Source: Glaucostegus cemiculus (lineage: Eukaryota). Taken from it: a stretch of 64,000 bases of DNA. The notes beneath the pieces were generated by a model that worked only from the letters and a program-made list of their open reading frames with translations, was not told the origin of the DNA and did no database searches. Of the stretch, positions 1 to 11,600 are shown one piece after another. The position numbers were made by a program, and so were the translations under genes. The stretch is taken from NCBI GenBank assembly GCA_976551045.1, contig CDPCPM010000073.1, forward strand, positions 28,272,001 to 28,336,000, read 5' to 3'. The stretch's first letter is position 1; the number at the start of each line of letters is the position of its first letter.

Positions 1-769
1 TTCCCTAAATCTGGGTAGTTCATCTCATCCATTCACCAACCACTGCATAAATTAGTATGTGCAACTTTCCTCTTGCAAACTTGAGTTTCATTACTGGTTT
101 ATGGAACTTGTGACAATTTTGAACTTTCTATTAAGTAAAATGTTATTTATTTCCTTAAACATGGACCATGTTTCAATTGTCATTCAGATTAAGTACTCTC
201 AAGAGACATAGAGACTGCAGATGCTGGAATTCTGAATCAACAAACATTCTACAATAATCTCAAACTGTTCAATTTCTCCTAATTGATAAGATACTTATGA
301 ATAGGTAACAATAGTGTATGGCCTCTGAGTCTGCAAACCCTTAACTAGGATACGTGGTACTTCGGATCACTTGTGGCAGCGTTTAACATCTGAGATCGAA
401 ATAGATTTTCCTTTTACAACTAATGTTGACTTCAATGAACTGCCCAATTCCCGACCAGTATTTTATAGCATAGAAATCAATAACATTTATTGATACAGCT
501 CACTATTATAAGAGAACATTCAAGGCACTTAATAGCCAATATATTCCTTTTGTATTGCTAGAATGGTGAACTACTGCTTTGATGATTGGATAATGGTAGA
601 AAATTACAATATTGAATTTATGTAGAACCATGAACTCTAAAGCAGTGAATTAAGAAATTTTCATATAATTTTTCTGGTGGTGTTAGTTGAGGAAGAAATG
701 TTGACAATATCGCTAGAAGAGCTGTTATTCAAATCATATTATACAATCTATTTTCCATGCTTATGTGGT

Positions 770-892
770 GCCAGCTTAGTGTCTCATCCAAAACAATGCA
801 TCTCTGAGACTGCACAGATAATATGCTCAAGTTATCATGTGTCTTGAACCTCAGTATTCTAGAGGAGTTGACAGTGTAACCAACTGAGCCAG
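770..892 (-). mobile_element. Degenerate tRNA-derived SINE head (DeuSINE/SacSINE-like)
   Basis: Minus strand ggctcagttggttacac...ggttcaagac...acttgagca resembles the element at 60840. Confidence 0.45.
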
Positions 893-1924
893 ACAAATCC
901 TCTGGAGACATGATTTATTTTTAAATCTGTTCATTTCCCTTGTGTATCATCAATTTGCATTTGTTTGCAATAATTCCATATCTCATGAGTTAACATACTT
1001 TCCAACTGATCCAGATCATTTTAAATCTGAAATACAAATAGAAAATGCTGGAAGTACTCATATTACCATTTGCTCAATACTTAGTTAATTCTATTTGACC
1101 TTTTATATCTAAAACACACAATTTTAATCTTGGATGTCAGAATCAGTAAGGTGTGTGAAATGTGTTTGAGCAGAAGATAAAGGTAAGTACGAGGGCTGTT
1201 GCAGAATGCTGAATTTCTTTGCACCTCCATTGTACTGGTTAGAATGTGAGATGGCAGAATAAGGCACAGTGTGTAAATTAATCAGAATTTGTATCTACGG
1301 TTTTATTTATGCCTATATTTCCTGTTGAATTGTTCTGAACACTATGTTTAAATAAAACAATCTAGCCACGTTTCAATCTATGGCATTGAGTCATAGACAG
1401 TGCTGAACTAGGCCCTTTAGCCAACAATGTCCATGCTGACCATCCAAATTATTTCTATTTCTGGCACTTGGTCCTTAGCCTTTTATGCTTTGTAAACTCA
1501 AGTAGTCATCCAGGTACTTCTGAAAGGGTGTGAGAGTAACCTGCTTCCACCACCCAAACAGGCATTAGTTTAATTCTATTTATGTTCAAGTTTTCTAAAG
1601 ATGTTCAGAATTGAATGGACACATTTTAATAACTAATTTTTTTGGATGCTGTGTCATTAAGTATGCCATTGGCAATGTAATTAGCAGAAAAGTTGCATTA
1701 GTTTGGTTTATAAATAAAAATCATGGATTAGTTGACTTGAGTTTACTACTTGAATTACACAGTTTTTCATTAGATTATGCAGACCTTGGAGGTAGCACCC
1801 TGAAGCAGTAACCTGTAATTTCATGGATTATACTGTGTTTAACTATTTTATAAATTTATATAGGTCTTATGCATTCATTGTCCAAGTCTTCAACTTAATT
1901 GACATCAGTATAAGTGCATTTGAG

Positions 1925-2330
1925 ACAGCAATTGTAAAGAGAAAAACAGATGTAATGTTTTAGACTGATACTTTTTTATCAGAACTAGAAAAGATGCAGA
2001 GAGGAGGGTGGACCAAGAAAATTTTAAAAAACGGAAAATCTGTGATCAGGTGACTGGCAAGAGAGATCAAAAAATAAAAATTGCGTCAAAATAGATGGTA
2101 GCTAGATAAATCAAGAATGAAAGATGGGCTGAGAGAATGTGTGAAAAGGAGTAGGAGAATCATTATATGAAAGTGTGGGTCACAATTAGGTCTGAATGAC
2201 TGACATATCCAGCTGCAAGACAGGGCGAGGTGGTGTTCCTTGAGATTTGCTTGAACTTCACTGGAACAATGCAATGACCAAGGGCTGAGAGGTCACAATG
2301 GGAATAGAACAGAGGGTACAGGAAAGCCAA
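1925..2330 (-). mobile_element. Degenerate Penelope-like element 3' region
   Basis: Resembles the reverse complement of the pLTR-type end seen at 48230-48440. Confidence 0.4.
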
Positions 2331-2457
2331 ATACAGAAAATTGCTGCTGCTATTTCACGATTTTCTTCCCAACAAAGTATTCTTACTTTTTAAGAGCAGG
2401 AGAGAAGAATGAAAGGAAAGACAGATGAAAGGATGCTGAGGAAGTATGTAAGGCTAT

Positions 2458-2616
2458 ATGATGGATGGCAACAGAAAGGAGAATTCCTTCTGCAATAGGC
2501 CTGTTGGATGCCTGAATCAACCTGATGATGATGGTGACATTTCTAAGCAGTGGCTCTGGAAAATCTCAAATTGCTTTTCAACAGTTGAACAGATATTACC
2601 GTCCAATAAAAAAACG
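2458..2616 (+). CDS. MARF1: MARF1 coding exon 1 ([10 protein letters not shown]...[10 protein letters not shown]...KKT)
   Basis: ATGATG start; WLWK.SNCFS motif as in vertebrate MARF1; donor ACG|GTAAAT; acceptor about 2395-2400 implies a non-coding first exon upstream. Confidence 0.92.
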
Positions 2617-5600
2617 GTAAATTCACTGTTCCATCTTACACATCACTGTACATTATAAAATATCTATATTTACAAAGCATTGCAGTTGCATAAGTAAAAT
2701 TTCAGATTTGGTACAAATAAGGTTTTCCTGATTTTTCTTACAAGGTATTGAATTTTGAAGTTAAGTAGTCATGTAGGAAACTAGCAGAGTTGATTTCATA
2801 TCACAATGATTGATTCATCTTTAAGTTTTAAATTGTATACTCATTGATTTTTCATTTATTTGTTTTGAAATTTTGATGCATATGCTTAATGTCAGTAATA
2901 TGAATTATACATAGTTCATCCAGCTTATTAGCATTCCTTGTCACCTTTGTCAACATAACAATCATGCTTTTCCATTGTAGGTGAAGCATTTATGAACCAT
3001 TTCTTGTCACCCTTTAATTGTTAATTTTAGCAAATGCCAGATATAATAAGTTTAATTAAACACTAATTAAGTCCCTCATTACAATAGTCTTGAGAATACC
3101 TTTTAATTATCTTGTCTATTCTGATGTCTACTTAATATCTTGCTGTATTAATTGTCCCATAACTTTACTTGAGATTTGAAACTATTGGTATGCATTCCTG
3201 CTTTTAAGTCATTAAGTCCTTTACATCTCAATCCACAGATGGAAAATGATGTAAAAATGCAAGGTAACATGTATGGAATAATGGTGATGAATATTCATAA
3301 TTGGGGCATTTACAGTGTAGAAGGAAAAATAGGAATTCTGAGCTGTCTTAAGCAGAGGATTGGGAAGTCTTACTGCTGTGACTAGGATGGGAGGGGAGGA
3401 ATTGGAAAGCCTAGTAAAAGTGCTCTTTATTCATCATGATCGCTTCCTTGGACATATTTACTGGTAGGCATTATGTACGGCATTTGCTCTAACGTGAAAG
3501 CAAGGAAAAATAAGTCTTTATGTTTGTTTCATTATATTTGCACATACTCCGCACCATAAAATTTTATTTTAAATGGTTGAGTGTTCTTTTTATTTTTTAG
3601 TGCTTATGGAAGTACAAAATTGATTATTTATTTACAGTAATATTCACAAGCATCGTAGGCTCTAGTACTTTGTGTTTGAATTCCCTTTGTAACATTCTTT
3701 GCTTATGTGAAAAGATACTAACCAAGAGTATTTTGTCTTTTCTTCTTCCAGAAACATTACATGGAGAGCAACAAACCTGTGCTTGAGTTGAAGGATTTTC
3801 CACTTCCCTCCCATCATGCTAATTCTAATTTCTTTGCAAGTGCACCCCTTTCTGACATTCAGTCTTTTCCAAAGCAGCAGCCAACTGGCATGAAAGTAAG
3901 CTGCTGTCCGCATTGTTCCCTCCAAGTTCACAATGGTGGTGGTTGCATTCACTCAGTTGGTAGTGGCGCTTTAGAACACACAAATACTGGAACTGTTACA
4001 TGTCAAATAAGTTCAACTCCTACTTTCCACATGCCAAAGTCTTGTAAAGCAGCTATAGCTGAAAACCATATAGATGGAGCTCCATGCCACTTCACTAGTC
4101 CCTATGCTGAAAATGTTGCCTCCAGTTACAAGCTTCAACCACCACTTTCTCAGAATCTATCTTGTTGTGGAAACCTCTTCAAACAGTCCCAACCCTACCA
4201 TGCCAGCGTTCCAAAACTGCATCAAGTTCCTGTGCATCAGAATTATAACACAAATAATCGGTTTTCCTGCACAGAGCTCACTGGTGGAGTTAGTGGGCAC
4301 TTGGAAAATCATGGTAATCAAGCTGACCAAACTAAACATGTTTGCACCAACTCTTTACCCTTGCACATGGCTTCTATGTTGCTGAAGAGTTCACACTGCT
4401 GTGATGATTGTGTGAATAAGGTTAGTATAATATACATTATTTAATTTGAAGACAAGTTTTAGAGTGAAATTTTAAAAATATTCTTGTTTCTTTAGCTTTC
4501 AGACTTGAATTCAATTTTAAAATGTTGATAAGTTGCACTTCAGTATTTTGTTCAACTTATATGATGCAACTTTTATTTCATGCAGCTTTCAAAATTTGTG
4601 TGAAGTGATGCATTTATATCATTCAGCTGTGATGAGATGCTGCAGACGTGAAGAGAACAGTGTTTGATAAACTTACACTAACAATATTAATGAGCAAAAC
4701 CCCCCGCATTTTTTTGCTCTTTCACATGATCTGTCCTTCAAAAAGTCATTTCGAATATGGGCTGAAACAGCTGTTTACAACTAAATTACATTTATTCAAG
4801 TTGTTGTGTCATATGCTGACTATTTGCTTTTGCCTGCTAATTAATATCCCTTATTTTCTCCAGTATATGCACATTCTAAGTTTGTGATGCATTACTCTCC
4901 CCATATCTTGTCCAATATTGTTCCTGACTCTTCTAACTTGAACATCACCAGGGCTGATAATCCTTAAATAATTAGCTGCTATTTCGAGTATTCAACTGAA
5001 TTCTTGTTGATTCAATGTGGAAAAAAAGTATGCATTCATAAAAATGTTATTAGTCAATGTATTGAAATAAAAGTAAAAACAGCAAAAAAAGGTAAAAACA
5101 GAATGTTTGTATTGCATACTGGCATTTTGTTTATTTATGCCATAAACATTATCTGCTGCACATTGAATTAGTTACAGAATTAACCATTTTGCTTAAATTT
5201 CTCAAAATAACTTGCTTAACACAAAATCTGAAGTGTAGTCCTAATTTATTTCTTAATCTTTGTTGTAGCCACCCAGGCATCCTGTTTTGGATGCAACAAA
5301 GATTTGGCCAAATATTCCCCCACCGACTCAGTCTGTTCCAGTTTCCATATCAGCATGCAATGGTGCTCAGAGTGAAGTTCAAATGACAGATACATCAATC
5401 TTAACAGCAGGAAGATTGGGTCTGCAGTCTCAGAAGTATGGTATGTGCTTTAATATTCTTTCCCATTCATGTTAATTCTTAGTTTTAAGTGGTGAGAATT
5501 CATTGTCAGTCAGTTTTTAAATTCTATATTGACATCTTCCTGCCAAATTGCCCTCTTGGGTAGGGATAATCAGGAGATTTACTTACAAGTTTTTGGGTAT

Positions 5601-8600
5601 TCCAGTACATTATTCATGATCCATACTTTAATTACAAGATTACAAGGTGGAAATTGTCAGTTACATAAAAGAATAGGAAAAAAAGTTTGTTGTTTATCTT
5701 TACATGCAAGGCAGCAACACAAACCTTTTGCCATCATAACCACCCCAATCCATTCTTCACCTGATGGCCGTGTATGCCCAGTTTTAGGTCAACTGCATTA
5801 AATAATGAGCAAGAATTCACATTCTCCTCACTTGCCTTCAATTAAATTGGTCCTACTGCCATGCTAACTGAGCTCATCCAAGTTTAAAGAGGTAACATAA
5901 TAGTGACACCCCTTGATAACAATTCAGCATTTGACTCAGTATAGCATTAAGGAACCATGGTAAAACTGAGATCAATGGAGATCGGGGCAAAAATACTCTG
6001 TACATTAGACATACCATATGTTAAGAAGCCAGTTGCAGTTGATGATGGTCAGTCATCCCAGCTATGGAACATTGCTGCAGGAGTTCCTCAAGGCTTAGTC
6101 CAAAGCACAGCCATATTCAGATGTTTCTTCAGTGATCTTTCTTGCATAAAAATTATAAATTTTATTTACAGTGTGGTAACAGGCCCTTTCGGCCCTCCGA
6201 GTCCATGCCGCCCATTTTAAACCCCCAAATTAACCTACCCGTACGTCTTTCAGAATGTGGGAGGAAACCGGAGCACCCGGAGAAAACCCATGCAGACACA
6301 GGAGAATGTACAGACTCCTCACAGACAGCGACAGGAATCGAACCCAGATCGCTGGCACTGTAACAGCATCACGCAAACCGCTACGCTATCATGCCACCCC
6401 TATCATAAGGTCAAAACTGGCAAGAGACTCCGACTACCTACACTTAATGTTACATGGTATCATTGTCACCTAATCCAACACCAATATCCTGTAAGTTCCC
6501 ATTAACCAGAAACTTAACTGGCCCTAAAATAAAGAGCACAACAGAGACTACAGAGTGAACCAGTAGGAAAATGCTCTGCAGTTACTTACCTTGGCTGTCT
6601 CACAATACCTTCCAAATCCAAGACCTCTACCACCAAGGTGGACAAGGGCTTCAGGTGCATGGAAGCACCCCACCTTCAAAATCACACACCATCCTGACTT
6701 GCCAAGTCTAAATTTCTGAAGTCCCTTCCCAACAGTATTGTGGGGATACCTTGACTAGAAGGACTGAAGCATTTTAAAAAAGCACAATAAATACTCCCCT
6801 TAGCAATAATGCCCACCTTACAAAACTTGAATAAGAACTTAAACTAATACTCTAAGCCTGAAATCATCACAATGACAGGTTGTAATCAGTTTGCGATATG
6901 GACAACTTTAATAATTTCCATGAATAGCCGGCAAGAGGTGTACTTTCAAGGATTCTGTTGATCGGGACTTTTTTTTCTGCATCTTGTTCCTTTGAATACT
7001 GACTAAGAACTATAATCAAACCTGATCCAGTAGGAGTTTAGAAGAAACCTCTATACCCAAATTGTGGTGAGAATATGAAAAAAATCACAATTACAGAGTG
7101 GATAAAGTGAATGTTAAAGATACATTCAACGGGAGGCTCATCAATCATATGGCAGAGGAGGCAATAGAGGGCTACATCAATCTGGATAAAGAAAGGAATA
7201 ACCACATGAACTGAGCAAAATAGCTATTTTCTGTGGCGTATATTCTATGTAATTGTACATAATCAGAATGGGTATGGATCAAAACATTGAAGATTGGTTA
7301 TTTTCTGTTAAATAAGTCCATTCTGTACTGAATTTTCCATTTCCACCGAAACAAAATTAGACTTGGTTATAACCAGCCAAGACTTCTGAATCACAAATTG
7401 GATTTAACCCATTTTTCTTCTGCTAAATGACCACTATGTTTTATGTGGATGCCAAGTTGGGGACAAAGCAATCATAATACTGATGTCCTCACCTCGAGAA
7501 ATGTTATCAGACTTTACTGCCTTTAACAAGCATTAAAAGCCTGAATTGTGCATTCACAATGACATCTGTGAATGCCATCTGCAGTTGCTATCTGGTTCTT
7601 GCAACACTCATCAATAAAGTGAAATCTCTCTGGCAGTCACACATGTTGCCTTGGAGATGAAGAAAGACAAATTGCGTACACAAGGGAGGTGAATTGTAGC
7701 AATTGCAAAGCTTGGGTGTGGTCAATGAGTAAGATTCACCTTCTGCAAAAGGAACCCACACACCCCTCTGGAACACTACCCCTCCACCTTGCTCTGGGTT
7801 ACAGTGGACACCAGCGGAACCAATAGATCAACATTTCTGAACTGAAGATATCAGTGCACCGATACTGGCAATGATATTTTTATTAACTAAAATGATACTC
7901 CCAAGTTAATGGTGCAGGTCATGAGTACTGATCTTTTGATCCAATTTCTGTCAGTGAGCAGTAGGCACAACAGAAGATGAAGACCATCGATAGACAAAAC
8001 AGTTCAGGAACAGTCATGACAGGAAGTCAGGTATAGAACTGTACGGCACAGAAACTGGTCCTTCAGCTCACTATGTCCACAGCAGCTTTTTAAGCTCATC
8101 TACACTAGTTCAGTTTGCCTGTATTAGATCCATATACTTCTAAGCCACGCATATTCAAGTACCTGTCCCAATGTCTCTTAAATGTAGTCTCTGTATCTGC
8201 TTCTACCACCTCCTCTGGCAGGGAGATTATCAACCACTCAGTGTAAAAAAATGTTCCCCTCAGACCCCCTTTAAAGCTCCTTCCTCTCACCTTAAACCAA
8301 GCCCTCTTGTTCTTGATACCCCTACAAGGAAAAGATTCTTGACCATCTGTCCTACCTGTGCCTCTTAATTTTATACACTTTATCAGGTCACCCCCTCAGT
8401 TACTTTGCTCCAGGTCAAACTAGTGTTTTGTAAAGTTGCAACATAACATTCCAATTTTTATGTTCTATGACCTTTGAAGGCAAGCATACCGCATTCCTTC
8501 TTCACCACCCTACCTACTTACATTGACACTTTGAGGAAGCTATGGGCTTGAACCCCCAAGCCCATAGCCCATCTGCTCATCAACATTCCTTAGTGTTCCA

Positions 8601-11600
8601 TCATTTACAGCATATGTCCCCCTACCAATATCTGACTTCCCAAAATTCATTGCCTCACATTTGTTGGGATTAAATTCCTTCTGCAACACTGTGCCCATTT
8701 TTCCTTCTGATCTACATGCTACTGTAGCCTTAGGCAGTCTTCCTTGCTAACCACAACACCACCAACTTTCATGTTAGTCGTAAACTTCCTGATCATGCTT
8801 CCTACATTCACATCCAAGTTGTTAATATACATCATGAACAACAAAGGTCCCAGCACTAATCACTGGTTGCAGACTTCCGAACTGTACTCTCATAAATTTC
8901 TTTATGGATGGGGCTTCAACAGGAAATGGAAGCAAACAGTTAAAACAATAAAAACATCTTTCATCAGATTTGTGCATAAAGAAGGATATTAGCTGGTCCA
9001 ATTTCTAGACAATTGTGTTTAAATATACAAGCTAGCACTTTGAAGATCAATTTATTAATTAGTCATTCATTTTCATATTTATGTATATTTTCTTTGGGAT
9101 AAGTTTCTTCAAAATTGAACAAAATCAGTTGCTGCTTTCAACCAGTAGAATTTTCCATGTCACCAAACCCAGGTCACATTCCGCACATAGTTGATGTAAT
9201 TTTTGGTTTAACAGTAAATCATTGTTAGATTCCAAGTGTAAATTGACATTTTTGAGAATCTGATTATTGTGCTGAAAGATTGAAAGTTGTCATGAAATTT
9301 AAAAGTATCAAATGTGTTCTTATTCCCTTTAATGGCAAAGATTCTTTCAAAATATATTCCAGAAAATAATGAACCTTGCTCCCTTTGTATATTCTCCAAG
9401 ATTTTTTTTTTATTTACTTTGGATTGTCTGCCTTCATACTACGTACAAATAGATTATTCTTGTACTGGTTTATCTAAATGTTTCAGATGTGCTGATTTGT
9501 GGATCCAAGTTGAATGTAAATTATGTCTTCATAAGCAGGTTTGTGTTGGTATTACTTTATTCAGAAACTTGGAATTCAAAATAAAATTATAGAAATCATT
9601 AGCAATGTAAGTAATTGAGAAAGTTTGCATGAAAGCTTAGCTCTAATTCTGATAACTTTTGTTTTAAAAACAGGTTCATCTGATGTAGCAATACCAGGTC
9701 AACAGCAGGAGAATCTACCACCTATTGGGGTGTTTTGGGATATAGAAAATTGCTCTGTCCCAACAGGACGGTCAGCCATGACAATAGTACAGCGAATCCG
9801 TCAACAGTTTTTCCAAGGCCACAGAGAGGCAGAATTCATGTGTGTGTGTGATATTAGCAAAGAGAACAAGGAAGTTATCCAGGAACTTAATAACTGCCAG
9901 GTAAGTTATCTGCATAATCTGCCAATACTAATGGCTGTTTTTTTCTGAATTTCAAGGATTTAACACTGCTACATTTAAAACAAAAAGCCAAATTTCAGCT
10001 TTGGAGAAAAAATTCTAAAGATTAAAAATGTTCCTATTTTAAAGTTTCAGAACCAATGCCTTGTGAGTTCAGATGGGCAATTCCTGCCCCACATCTAATG
10101 GTTTACATTACTATTAACATCTTTAATTTTATTTCATTCCCCTAAATTATGATTGTGAGATGCACATTTTAGTAGTGAACTTGTGATGTTTTGTTTTTCT
10201 TTTAAAAAAAAAACACTTTTTTTGATGCAGGTGACAGTTGCACATATCAATGCAACAGCAAAGAATGCTGCAGATGACAAGCTTAGACAGAGTTTAAGGC
10301 GATTTGCTGATACTCACACAGCTCCATCCACTGTTGTTTTGGTATCCTGTAAGTAAGCAATGCATTAAAACAATTTTAATTTTATCAGGAAAAATTGATC
10401 ATGAGCAAAAGTTACCAGAATACCAGTTCAGTCTCATCTCAGTAAGAAGACAATTAATTAGAAGTGACGTGGGCTGTACTAAATAAAGTAATTTTAGTTT
10501 AAGATCCAGACTGCATAACATGATTAAAATTGATGTCATGGTGGGAGCAAGAATTCTTCGGGATCTAGATCAGTGCAATGAAATGTCCCTTGTTTAGATC
10601 TTGAATTTTATATATCATTTACAATATCTAATAATTTGCCTACAATGAATGAACATAGAGAAGTCTTTTCTTGTCACAACCCTCCCTACCATCAAGAACA
10701 TCTTCAAGAAGTGGTGCCTCAAGAAGGCGGCATCCATCATTATGGACCGTCACCTTCTGGGCCATGCCTTCTTCTCATTACTACCATCAGGGAGGAGGTA
10801 CAGGAGCCTGAAGACCCACACTCAAATGATTCAGGAACAGCTTCTTCCCCTCCACCGTCAGATTTCTGAACAATCCATGAACATGATCTCATTATTTCTT
10901 TTTTTTAAAGAAAAGATATTTATTTCTGTAATTTAAATTTGTCTTTGCGCTGTACTGCTGCCACAAAAACAACAAACTAAGTCAGATGTCAATGATAATA
11001 AACCTGATTCTGGTCATATTTTGGCTTAAATAGAAGAGATATTGATTACAGTTAGAATTTGTTCTTTCTAATAATTGTGGCTTGGTCATTTTATAGCTGA
11101 TGTCAACTTTGCCTCTGAACTCAGTGACCTTCGGCATCGGCATGGTTTTCAGATCATTTTGGTGCATAAGAATCAAGTTTCAGATGCACTCCTACAACAT
11201 GCACACAAACATATCAAATTTGAAGAATTTGTTTCTAACTTACCGCCAAGATTACCCGAGAAAACACAAGTAAGTTTTTGTTTTCCAGTGTGATTAAATG
11301 GCATGTATATTCTTACATAACATGTCATTCCAAAAATTTCTATTTGTTGCTAATGAAAACTACAGTTATAGGAGGTTCGGATACTTTGTAGATTTCATTT
11401 TTTTTCCCTCATAAGCAAGATCATTTTTCCCCTTCAATACTTCAGTTTTTCCCCCCCAATTTTCAAGAAGTGGTCATTGCTGGCAAGGCCAGCATGTTTT
11501 TAATGACATTCTAGTAGTTATGTGCTGATCATTACGCAGCCTGGTTTTATTAAAAGAAAATTCTGGATCATTAACAGAATTTACATTGCACAGCCACCAT

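Noticed and set aside
1-2394. MARF1 promoter or first exon
   Set aside because: No CpG island or clear first exon; the region looks intronic and the start exon has an acceptor, so the promoter is likely upstream of the window
6290-6400. tRNA-like A/B boxes on the minus strand
   Set aside because: Head of a V-SINE, continuous with SINE core and tail; not a tRNA gene
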